Below, piece by piece: positions 36,068-47,249 of a stretch of 64,000 nucleotides of DNA. Origin of the DNA: Monocercomonoides exilis PA203 (Eukaryota; Protista; Preaxostyla); NCBI GenBank assembly GCA_001643675.2, contig LSRY02000016.1, positions 1,550,001 through 1,614,000 of the forward strand. Reading direction: 5' to 3'. Each line of letters opens with the position of its first letter. Positions within the stretch are counted from its first letter, which is position 1. The notes under the pieces were generated by a model that worked only from the letters and a program-made list of their open reading frames with translations, did not search any database and had not been told where the DNA came from. Both the position numbers and the translations under genes were made by a program.

Positions 36068-38470
36068 GGCAAGTTCCAAATATATGGACCATCGATAAAA
36101 AATATTTCTTATATCGTAATCGAAAGAATATGTAAATTTAATGAATAACAAATTTGTTTAATCTGTCGAAAATGCATTGTTTGAAACTTTCAATTTTTCA
36201 TTTAATCTATCACATAATTATTTTCGTTTTTTCTTTGCTTTTTATTCTTTGTATTATTCATTGCAATGCTTGTGAAATATTTTCTCATTCTTATTTTTGT
36301 TCTGTTCATATTTAGAAATACATAAAAATGGGATATATTAACTCTTTTCAACGTTTTTTCGAACGAAAGAAACACAATTGATTTTCACTTTTGCACAAGC
36401 TATTTCCAGCATTAAAGTGTGCATTAATAACATTCAACATCAAAAAATAATCAAATGTGAAAGTGTCACAGCTTTATTAATAATTTAACTTATATAAGAA
36501 TGAATAAAACAAATTTCAGTTATTGGTTTATTTTTTCGATGATATTGATTCCCACTCACATTAAACAATCAGAATTTTTCGTTTAAATCAAGCAAAAATT
36601 TATTTATTTATTTGAATAATCCTCAAAAAGCAAAAACCAAAAAACCAAAATCAAAAAGACAAAGAGTGTCTTTCATCAGTCGTTTTTCTATTGTCACTTT
36701 CTACACTCAGCAAAATCAATAAAGGAGCGTCATATTCATGAACTTCGATATTCTCTCTTCAAAACAGCTACGAAATCGAAACAATGATATGCACCATCTT
36801 AATACGTTGTTCAGAAAGATGTAAAAAGGGAGGAGCTATAACTATTGAGTTGAAAGAGGTTGATGGACAGCTGAAGATGAGGAACGTGGGAGTGACAAAC
36901 AGCATCTGCAGCAGTTCTGAAGGATGTGGGGGAGGAATCTATTTGACATATGCAACAGACAACAATGACAGAAATTTATTGGAAGAATTAAGTGTTGGAG
37001 GAAACAAGGCACACAAGGGAAGAGACATGTTTATTGTGGCGAATGATCTGAGGAACGGTGTGAATTCTGAGTTGTTTGCATGTACGACACAATTTAAGTA
37101 CAAAACGAATGCACTGGTTGGGTCTGACAGGAGCTATTTCAATGAGGCAGTTGATCTGATGATTTTTGTGGAAGGTTTTGTGAGCAAATCTGTTTTGCTT
37201 GAAATGCATCTTTCAATTGTGAACTGCTGTATCGAATACTTTCCATCCATACAGTGCGATAATGGTGGAGGAATTGAATTTGAAATAGGAACAGAACGAA
37301 GCTTCTATCTTAAAGAAGAAAACTCTGAACGGACGAGTTCTGAAAGGGATTACACTAAATCGAAATATGAAAGAAATAAATGTGCAACTGCATCAAACTG
37401 CTTCGATGATGGAGTAAACTTTGATTTATTGTTTTCCAAAATAGTGAATGGATTTCCTATCGAATTTTGGATCAAAAGGAATTATTTCAACAAAACAAAT
37501 GAATCAGGAATTTTTCTTTGTCTGGAGATTGATTTCCCTGCAAATAAAAGAAAAAATGTTTGTTATGTTTTTCAACAAGAATGCCTTCGACAGAGTGAAT
37601 AACACCTTCAGGGCCGACCAGCTGAACAACTATCCATTTGACTTGTTGTTGTTTTTTGTGATCCACATGTCAGAGTGGATATTTGTGCCTGCAAACGATG
37701 GAACAGGCAATAAAGAATGTTCAATGATCAAATTTGTATAAAAAGCTCGGTAAGGCTGTAGGGCATCTAACAGCGAGCCAAATAAAAACGGACTTATGAT
37801 GTTTGAGGAAGATATTTCAGTAAGAATTGCAACATATCGAAAAAAATTCATGTGCTTTTGTGAAGAAATTGACACAAGACTTTAAAGACATTTAATAATA
37901 TAAAGAACTGACAGAATCATTCCATTGGAATCATGTCAAATAATTCCTGTGACTGATCTTGTTCCTGGAAATAACATAGCATTCCTCGAAAGCATATATA
38001 ACAACAGCAACTCAATCAATTTCATTATCAGAGTTTCCTGCCAACAGATCAAATTATTCGCAATAATCGTTTATAAATGGTTGCTTTTAAACATGGCAAT
38101 TCATTTCCTGAATATTGGTTGAGAAATTAATTAAATTGAATAAAAGTCTGAAGATTTTATAAGTTTTGAACACTCACATTCAAAAACGATGTTTTTCTAA
38201 AATGAAAAACAACATTAAACAAATGATCAAACACACAATAAAATTTAATCCTTTTCTTGAAAAGGGGAAGCTTAAAACCTTCCATTTTGAGATAAATTAT
38301 TGTTAATAAAAAATGAAAATATTCATGGGATAGATCAAAAAAAATGGAAAGTTTCAAACAATGCATTTTCGACAGATAAAACTAATTTATCATTCATTTA
38401 TTTAACATATTCTTTCGGTTTCGATATGAGAAATATTATTTATCGATGGTCCATAAACTTGGAACTTGCC
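36068..38470. mobile_element. Second, older member of the GGCAAGTTCC-TIR family, 2403 bp
   Basis: Imperfect TIRs of about 150 bp (GGCAAGTTCCAAATATATGGACCATCGAT ... ATCGATGGTCCATAAACTTGGAACTTGCC); subterminal and cargo homology to 19130-21664 in opposite orientation; no TSD. Confidence 0.85.
36784..37602 (+). CDS. Cargo ORF: chimeric beta-helix family fragment (272 aa)
   Basis: KKGGAI, GCGGGIY, GNKAHKGRDMFIV, ALVGSDRS..VDL and NGGGIE motifs parallel GRGGAL..ANKASVGRDMYFV..AVGHDRT of the 3961 ORF; function doubtful. Confidence 0.55.
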   Translation: MICTILIRCSERCKKGGAITIELKEVDGQLKMRNVGVTNSICSSSEGCGGGIYLTYATDNNDRNLLEELSVGGNKAHKGRDMFIVANDLRNGVNSELFACTTQFKYKTNALVGSDRSYFNEAVDLMIFVEGFVSKSVLLEMHLSIVNCCIEYFPSIQCDNGGGIEFEIGTERSFYLKEENSERTSSERDYTKSKYERNKCATASNCFDDGVNFDLLFSKIVNGFPIEFWIKRNYFNKTNESGIFLCLEIDFPANKRKNVCYVFQQECLRQSE

Positions 38471-39551
38471 AAAAAATCATTTCATATCTGATGTTGAATT
38501 TTGATGAAACAGCTATATAAATTTTATAATTCAATGATCATGACGTCTAAAAACACAAACAGATTAAAAAAATACCAATGTTTAACTCACGACAGCACCA
38601 GTTCAAGGAAAAAATTTTTGGAGTGTTTGTTGATTGCAACTTAATCAATAAAATGATGCAACGGCTTTTCAAAACTGTCTTCAAAGATCAGATTTCTTTG
38701 TGATTTCGTAATATGGAAAATAAAAATCAACGGAAGCTGTTGATAACAAAAAAGAACTGTTGAGAAATATTGAAGGATTGACCATCACCAACGAAGACTC
38801 GTTCCTGATACAAAGTGGGAAAACCAATTCTATTTCGACTTTAAGCGACTTTCTTTTTCATTCAATTTTGTTTTGCAATTATTCTTTTGGATTTTGTTCA
38901 GTTTGTTCGATTATTTTTGCATAGTTTTAACATGTGAATGTTTCTTTTCTATCAGTGTTTGAAGCGTTTGTTTCATGCCACATTTTGGAAAACTTCCTTT
39001 TAATATTGAATGAACATTTTTTTCGATAAAAATTTATCTTTTGATGATTATATGTTAACGAAACCTGGGAGTGGAATCAATAGTTGAAAAACTACTCAAT
39101 TAATTAAACATTTCCGGGTTTTGTCCCTTTCCCTGGTTTTATCCATGACTATACACGTAATTTTTTGTTATCTATTAATTATAAATACTAATCGGCTTGC
39201 AAAAAAAGAAGAATAAAATGAATTTACGGGCACTGAATGATGCGAGCCCACCTTTAAAAAGGTGACACAGATGTTTAGTTCACGTGAATTCCAAATAAAT
39301 TTCTTTTTGAATTAAATATACATTTTTTCAGACATGAAAAATGAATTTCTGATCAAAGTGAAAAAAACTCTATTTCTTTGGTAAATATGTTAAGTTCTTT
39401 TCATATATTTTCAACATTTTCAAATCTATTTATTCCAATAAAAAAATTAAGAGCCATAATATGATTTTTGTGAGAAATGATCAGTCACATAAATTGAAAA
39501 GAACGTTCGTAAGCAACAAACAAATATCAGCTGATCTTTATTTCAATCAAA

Positions 39552-42500
39552 ATGAAGATCGACAGCGATGCTTTGACTACAAAGAGGGATTATAAAGAAA
39601 GAACAGAGGCTATGCGTTGTATCGTTGAGAAGAAGACAGATCCTCCTATGGAAATTCGACATGAAATAACGCTTCGTGATCAGGATGGCTGGACAATGGC
39701 CCTGTTATGGATAGCGAATGCAAAGACTGAACCACCGAAATGGATGAGACACGAAATTACACTTGCAAATAATAGCGGTTGGACAATGGCTATGCTATGG
39801 ATTTTTTGGTTAAAATCAGAACCACCCGAATGGATGAGACACAGCATTACACTTTCTGACAAGAATGGAAGAACAATGGCAATGAAATGGATATTTAGTG
39901 TGAAGACAGAACCACCAGAGTGGATGAGACATGGAACCGCTATCGGAGATAAAGATGGTGAAACGATGTCTATGAAGTGGATTCACTTTGTGAAGACAGA
40001 ACCACCAGAATGGATGAGACACGACATTTCACTAACACAAAAGGATGGATGGACAATGGTTCAATATTGGGAAATATTTGTACAAAGAGATCCGCCAGAA
40101 TGGATGAGACATGACAATACGCTTGCTGATGAAAATGGAAGAACAGAAGCTATGAGGTGGATTGTGGAGAAGAATGAAGAACCACCAGAAAAAATTAGAC
40201 ATGATATTACACTTTATGATAAAAATGGCTGGACTATGGCCATGCTATGGATATGTCATGTGAAGACAGAACCACCAGAATGGATGAGACATGACATTTC
40301 ACTTGACGATAAAGACGGATGGACAATGGCCATGAAATGGATCTATAATGTCAAAACAGAGCCTCCAAAGTGGATGAGACATGATACTACACTCCGCAAT
40401 AATTATGAGTCAACGATTGCCATGTTGTGGATTCAGTTTGTTCAAACAGAACCACCACTGTGGATGAGACATGATATCACACTTGCCAATAAGGATGAAC
40501 AAACAATGGCCATGTTGTGGATTCAATTTGTTCATACAGAACCACCACTGTGGATGAGACATGATACTACACTCCGCAATAATTGTGAGTCAACAATGGC
40601 GATGATATGGATTTCAAATGTTAAAACAGAACCACCAGAATGGATGAGACACGATATAACACTATCTCAAAAAAATGGCTGGACAATGGCTATGTTCTGG
40701 ATTCAAGACGTCAAAACAGATCCACCAGGGTGGATGAGACATTATACTACACTCCGCAATAATAATGAATCTACAATGGCCATGTTGTGGATTCAATTTG
40801 TTCAAAAAGAACCACCATTTTGGATGAGACATGACATTACACTTGGCGATAAAGGCGGATGGACAATGGCCATGAAATGGATCTATAATGTCAAAACAGA
40901 GCCTCCAAAATGGATGAGACATGACATTTCACTTGGCGATAAAGACGGATGGACAATGGCCATGTACTGGATTGCAAATGTTAAAACAGAACCACCAGAA
41001 TGGATGAGACACGATATAACACTATCTCAAAAAAATGGCTGGACAATGGCTATGTTCTGGATTCAAGATGTCAAAACAGAGCCTCCAAAGTGGATGAGAC
41101 ATGATACTACACTCCGCAATAATTTTAAATCAACGATGGCCATGTTGTGGATTCAATTTGTTCAAACAGACCCACCAGAGTGGATGAGACATGACATCAC
41201 ACTTGGCAATAAAAACGGATGGACAATGGCCATGATATGGATATGTCATGTGAAGACAGAACCACCATTTTGGATGAGACATGACATTACACTTGGCGAT
41301 AAAGACGGATGGACAATGGCCATGAAATGGATCTATAATGTCAAAACAGAGCCTCCAAAATGGATGAGACATGACATTTCACTTGGCGATAAAGACGGAT
41401 GGACAATGGCTATGAAATGGATTGAATATGTGAAGAAAGAACCTCCTAAATGGATGAATTATGATAATTCAAAAAGAGATAAAGATGGAAGAACAGATTC
41501 CATGAAATGGATTATCAAGAAAAAATCAGAACCACCTGAGCAGATGAGGCATGATATCAAGCTAACGGATAATGATGGAAAAACAATGGCCATGCTGTGG
41601 ATTCAATTTGTTCAAACAGATCCGCCAGAATGGATGAGACACGATATTACACTTGCCGATAAGGAAGGATGGACAATGGCTATGTCGTGGATTTCAAATG
41701 TGAATACAAAGCCTCCCAAGTGGATGAGACATGATACTACACTCCGCAATAATAATGAATCTACAATGGCCATGTTGTGGATTCAATTTGTTCAAACAGA
41801 TCCACCAGAGTGGATGAAGCATGAGAATGAAGTTGCAGACAAGGAAGGACGAACAATGGCTATGAATTGGATTCAATTTGTTCAAACAGATCCTCCTGAA
41901 TGGATGAGACATGAAAATACATTCGCAGATAAAGGAGGACGAACAATGGCTATGTTATGGATTCAATTTGTTCAAACAGAACCACTGAAATGGATGAGAC
42001 ATGGCAATAAAATGGCAGACAATGAATGGCGAACAATGGCAATGATTTGGATTGAATATGTGAAGACAGAACCACCTAAATGGATGAGACATGAAAATAC
42101 ATTCGCAGATAAAGGAGGACGAACAATGGCTATGTTATGGATTGAATATGTGAAGACAGAACCACCTAAATGGATGAGACACAGAACTTCATTTCCTGAT
42201 AAAGATGGGAAAACAATGGCCATGCTATGGATATGTCATGTCAAGACAGAACCACCTAAATGGATGAGACACGATACAACACTTGATGATAAAAATGGTT
42301 GGACCATGGCTATGCTATGGATTAATCATGCAAAAACAGAACCGCCAGAATGGATGAGACACGATACAACACTTGAAAATAATAATGAATCTACAATGGC
42401 CATGTTGTGGATTCAATTTGTTCAAAAAGAACCACCACTGTGGATGAGACATGACATTACACTTCACGATAATTATGAGTCAACAATGGCCATGTTGTGG

Positions 42501-43457
42501 ATTCAATTTGTTCAAACAGACCCACCAGAGTGGATGAGGCATGACATCACACTTAAAAATTCTTGTGGAATGACAATGGCTATGTTCTGGATTGCATGGG
42601 TTGAAACAGATCCACCCGAGTGGATGAGACATGGTATTACAATGAAAGACAATGAAGGATGGACGATGGCAATGTATTTAATAATTTACGCAAGAGCTGA
42701 TCCTCCAGAGTGGATGAGACACAGCATTACGCTTTCCGATGAGAATGGAAGGACAATGGCCATGCACTGGATAAAAAACATTAAAACAGAACCACCAGAG
42801 TGGATGAGGCATATCATAACACTCACAGATAAGGAAGGCCGAACAATAGCAGATTATTGGAAAAATTTTGTCGGAAGTTCACCACCTAATTGGATGATAA
42901 ATAACGTAACACTTTCTAATAAAAATGGAAGAACAGAAGCAATGAGATTGACCGTTGAGAGAAAGTCAGATCCTCCAAAAGAAATAAGGCATGAAAATAC
43001 GCTTGCTGATAAAAACGGAAGAACAGAAGCAATGAGTTGGATTGTGGAGAAGAATGAAGAACCACCAGAAAAAATTAGGCACGAAATAACACATTCTGAC
43101 AAGGATGGAAAAACAATGGCCATGCACTGGATAGAAAGAGTGAAAACAGAACCTCCAATTTGGATGAGACATGACGCTTTTTTGAACGATTGTAACGGAC
43201 AAACGATGGCCATGCTGTGGATTTTTTGGTTGAAATCAGAACCTCCAGAATGGATGAGGCACAACATTACACTTTCGGACAAGAATGGAAGAACAATGGC
43301 GATGCACTGGATCAAGCAAGTTAAAACAGAACCACCAGCATGGATGAGGCACGACAAAATGCTTTGCAATAAGAGTGGATGGACAATGGCCAAACTCTGG
43401 GAATTCTTTGTTCAGACCGATCCACCAGAATGGATGAAGACTGATAACTCCACATAA
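39552..43457 (+). CDS. 1301-aa tandem-repeat protein: 43 x 30-aa Trp/Met-rich repeats, ankyrin-reminiscent
   Basis: Intact ATG-to-TAA ORF. Consensus MRHDITLxDKxGWTMAMxWIxxVKTEPPxW; exact 90-nt period from 39601 to 43381 (42 x 90) with no net indel. Confidence 0.92.
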   Translation: MKIDSDALTTKRDYKERTEAMRCIVEKKTDPPMEIRHEITLRDQDGWTMALLWIANAKTEPPKWMRHEITLANNSGWTMAMLWIFWLKSEPPEWMRHSITLSDKNGRTMAMKWIFSVKTEPPEWMRHGTAIGDKDGETMSMKWIHFVKTEPPEWMRHDISLTQKDGWTMVQYWEIFVQRDPPEWMRHDNTLADENGRTEAMRWIVEKNEEPPEKIRHDITLYDKNGWTMAMLWICHVKTEPPEWMRHDISLDDKDGWTMAMKWIYNVKTEPPKWMRHDTTLRNNYESTIAMLWIQFVQTEPPLWMRHDITLANKDEQTMAMLWIQFVHTEPPLWMRHDTTLRNNCESTMAMIWISNVKTEPPEWMRHDITLSQKNGWTMAMFWIQDVKTDPPGWMRHYTTLRNNNESTMAMLWIQFVQKEPPFWMRHDITLGDKGGWTMAMKWIYNVKTEPPKWMRHDISLGDKDGWTMAMYWIANVKTEPPEWMRHDITLSQKNGWTMAMFWIQDVKTEPPKWMRHDTTLRNNFKSTMAMLWIQFVQTDPPEWMRHDITLGNKNGWTMAMIWICHVKTEPPFWMRHDITLGDKDGWTMAMKWIYNVKTEPPKWMRHDISLGDKDGWTMAMKWIEYVKKEPPKWMNYDNSKRDKDGRTDSMKWIIKKKSEPPEQMRHDIKLTDNDGKTMAMLWIQFVQTDPPEWMRHDITLADKEGWTMAMSWISNVNTKPPKWMRHDTTLRNNNESTMAMLWIQFVQTDPPEWMKHENEVADKEGRTMAMNWIQFVQTDPPEWMRHENTFADKGGRTMAMLWIQFVQTEPLKWMRHGNKMADNEWRTMAMIWIEYVKTEPPKWMRHENTFADKGGRTMAMLWIEYVKTEPPKWMRHRTSFPDKDGKTMAMLWICHVKTEPPKWMRHDTTLDDKNGWTMAMLWINHAKTEPPEWMRHDTTLENNNESTMAMLWIQFVQKEPPLWMRHDITLHDNYESTMAMLWIQFVQTDPPEWMRHDITLKNSCGMTMAMFWIAWVETDPPEWMRHGITMKDNEGWTMAMYLIIYARADPPEWMRHSITLSDENGRTMAMHWIKNIKTEPPEWMRHIITLTDKEGRTIADYWKNFVGSSPPNWMINNVTLSNKNGRTEAMRLTVERKSDPPKEIRHENTLADKNGRTEAMSWIVEKNEEPPEKIRHEITHSDKDGKTMAMHWIERVKTEPPIWMRHDAFLNDCNGQTMAMLWIFWLKSEPPEWMRHNITLSDKNGRTMAMHWIKQVKTEPPAWMRHDKMLCNKSGWTMAKLWEFFVQTDPPEWMKTDNST

Positions 43458-44009
43458 CTATTTTCTTTCTTGTGAAAAGAAATTGATCTCTTCCCTCATT
43501 CAACACAAACACATCGACGAGAATCTGTATGAAATCATTTCAACAAACAAATTCTTTTTCTTATTATCAAAGAGAGAAGATGCTTGCCTTTTAGTAATAA
43601 TTGTATATTCATTTCGAAATTCGTTGATATATATAAACATATATACATCAGGAGTTTCTTTATTTTTGTTTCTCCTCTTTCACTATTATAGCATTTCTTT
43701 GAGTCGTTATGTTGTAGTGATTGAGTTAAACATTTCACACTTTTGTTCTTTGATTCAAATCTTTTGAAACAAATTACTTCTTTTATCATCTGGAAATATT
43801 CACTCACGCTCACTTCGGTTTTTTTTTTTCTATAACAATACAATTGCATAAAATAATTATCTTTGTTATTGCATATTTGATCTTTGATTGTTGAAAAATC
43901 TATGACGTTAACAAGTTGGCTGACTGTTATCGTCACAATTATATCAATTCAATTTGATTTCGAAAAATACTCAAATTGTTTTTTTGGGCTTCAATTCTTC
44001 TTTTCTTCA

Positions 44010-46900
44010 CTAAACACGCTCTTCTCCAAATGCTGCTGTTGAATATATTGGATCCGAAACTCAAAGAGCGAAATCTGGAAGATTGGCTTTTTCTGAATTG
44101 AACTGCTATCTTTTTGAGTGGTGTGAGTGGAATAATTCAAACAGCGGAGGTAATAATAATGGAGGTGCACTTGATGCTTTTAGTGCAAATGCCAATCTCA
44201 CAATTACATCTTGTTCGTTCAACAAATGTTACTGCACAGGGAATGGCCAAGGCGGAGCTTTATTGTGCGCATATTTGCTAAACATAGATATCACAAAATC
44301 CTATTTCACAAGTTGTTCTGCTTTACATGGAGGTGCAGTTGCAATATACACCCCTCAATCCAATTCTGTTTGGTCATTCTCAGAAAACAGAGTGGAAAGT
44401 TGCTCAATAACGAGCAATATTGGAACTGGTTGGTATTTCTTGCTCGATAACATGCCACCAGATGCAAAATTTTTGTTCAAAAATTGTGTATGTGTTGCAA
44501 ATACTGGCGGTGATGCGGCCGGAGCAATCACATTTAATTATCCTCCACCAGTAATACCTCTTCAATATTTACTACAAAAGTTCCAGTTCATTAATAACAA
44601 ATTGATAAATTCATCATCTTAATGGAGAGAAGGGCTATGTTACATAAAACACCTTCACTTGGATGAATGAAGTTAAATTCATCACTTTCTGCTTCTTCGA
44701 TGATAATACTGCCAAAAATGGAAGAGGGAATGATGTGTTCTTTTACGGAAGTGATATCACTCAATCTCCTTTCCAGCAATGCGGATCAACAACCTCATCA
44801 AAAAGAGTGTGGAATGAGAATACAGCTGATAATGAAACTTTCAATGGCTGGCTCCCCCTCATCGCCCAGAACAAAATCGTTGCCAGCAATGGAACTGATG
44901 TCGATGCCTGTGGCAGACCCCAACAGACCCCATGTGCCACCATCGAGTATGCCCTCGCTGGCTTCATTTCCCTCCTCCAAGACGCCTCTCTCACCCTCCA
45001 CAGCTCGACATTTGTCCCAACTCAAACACTCACTTTCAGCGCGGTTGACACAAAAATCACTGGAAACGACACAAATGCAACCACTATCGCCTCCAGCGGA
45101 ATTCCTCAACCATCATCATCTTCTTCTTCTTCATTTCCTTCTTCAACATCTTTTTCACCAGATCCATCTGCCACCTCTGCCCTCTTCCAACAGACCCAGG
45201 GCTCCCTCACAGTCTCTGCCCTCGCCATCGCACACAACTCCTCAAATCCCATCACCCTCATCCTCTTCCACCTCTCCGATAACTCCCCTTCCCTCAACCT
45301 CAACACAACCACCATCACCGGAACAACCTCCATAACAATAAAAACTCCCCTCTTCTTCCTCACTGCTGGCTCCCTCGCCCTCAACCACACAGCAATCACC
45401 AGTCTCTCCCTCAACAGCCAGAGCATCTTCCACCTCACCTCCCTCACCGCTCCCCTCGCTCTCAACTCCTCCAACATCACCGATATCACCTCCACAGCCA
45501 CTCCCGCCAGCTGTGTCCTCTCCTCTGCCACCTCCTCTGAACTTTCCCTCTCCCTCGCCAACTGCACCATCACCAACATCAACTCAGCTCCACAAAACCA
45601 ACAGACTGCCACCAATGGAGGGTGCATCTCATTCGCCTCATCTGCCCCTGCCAACGCATTTTCGGTGAGGAACACAAATTTCTCCACCTGCTGTGTGAGC
45701 GAGGATACAAGTTCTGGAGGAAGAGGCGGTGCTATCATGATCAAGTACAAGGATGATTCACAAGTGTCATCCACAACCTTTTCCATCACCAATATCGTGT
45801 TTTCAGCCAACAAGGCCAGCGTCGGAAGAGATATGTATTTTGTGTGTGAATCCCTTGTCGCTTCAGTGAAAGAGCCCATGTTTGCCTTCATGACAAGCAT
45901 CACTCAGAAAGACAACTCGGTTGTTGGACATGACAGAACAGAAGCATTCGGTGATTGAGATGTCGATTTATTCATATTTCTTGAAGTGCATACAGCCAAC
46001 AATGAATATGTGGATGGTCATCTTGGCATCAAAGCAATGTATTGCTGGCTATCAAAGATGCCCTTCAAGAGTGTGCAAAACGTGATGGGGCTTCTGAAAA
46101 AGGTGTAAAATATAAGGTTGATAATACTGTATGCTCTTATCAATAGTGAATTTATGTGCGAGTGACGACAAAGGACGAAAAAGTTGTTGAGATGGCACAC
46201 AAAAAAATTAGAAATTGACTCAAAGACACTTTTAATGGTTTAATCATCACATGTCTGCTGCAAATTCGGTTGTTTCACAGAATTTTCCTTTGAATATGCT
46301 TTTTCCTCTAAATCAGTTTCCTTCATCGGTTCATCTTCAGCTACTTGTTGAAGGCACGTGACGTGAAGTCATCTGCAAAACGCAATTTTTGAACTCGTCC
46401 ATTTCATGAAAGAATTGCTTCAATTATATGTTCTTTTCGTCTGTGCAACTTTCATCCGCCAAATGAAATAGGAAAAATCCTCCTTTCTTTTGATTGCAAG
46501 ACTGCTGCTCAGCTTTTCTCGAATCGAAATCACCTCTATTGATATTTTATTTCGACTGCCATTTTGTAATAGAATGAATACACATTTTTTCTTTCTGATT
46601 AGAAATGAAAGATAAGGCCTGGCGCTGAATTAGAGGGGAGTTGTATGAAATGAAAATAATATCATTTTTGCTGTTAACTGATGAAGGCAAAGAAGAAGTC
46701 GATTTGAATGAAATGAATCCGTCTTGATGGAATTTCATCACGGTGATCATGAAGGATATATTAATCATTCAGTTATTGATATGTTGAGATTAAAAGTGAA
46801 CGAAATAATTTACAGTTCAATTAGGTGGCTCTGCCGAATTGAATGGGAGATATGCATAAAAAGTTCGATTCTCTGAACCAGCAAAAAGTGATAGGAAAAA
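44010..46900 (+). pseudogene. PMP-like beta-helix paralogue of 3961-6950, frameshifted near 44620 and stopped at 45958
   Basis: ORFs 44083-44622 and 44663-45958 are collinear with the 3961 ORF; the downstream decayed tail is also homologous. Confidence 0.8.
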
Positions 46901-47249
46901 TGCGAAGATGAAGCGGATGAAGGTGAAGAGTGTGAAGAGGGCGAAGAAGACGAAGAAAAATAACAGTTTATGAATGTAATTAAATACAGAAATTGAGAAA
47001 TACTTTAACGTTCATTGATATTTTTGAAGAATATATTGTATGACATTGAAGATTGAATACAATATCGTATTGGAAAAGTTAACTATAAATGGAGAAAATA
47101 ATTGTATAAGCAATATTCATGACAGACGAGCTGTGATAAATCAATGCAGCTGGATATCCACAAGTTATTGACTGATTTTAGATTGTTGCTCCGACTTTTC
47201 GTTTTGAAAAGAAAACCCCAATATTTTAGAATTTTCCTTCTTTATATTT

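Noticed and set aside
39601-43440. CRISPR-like array (short constant blocks with variable spacers)
   Set aside because: The period is exactly 30 codons in one open frame, the 'spacers' are homologous to each other, and no cas genes are present.
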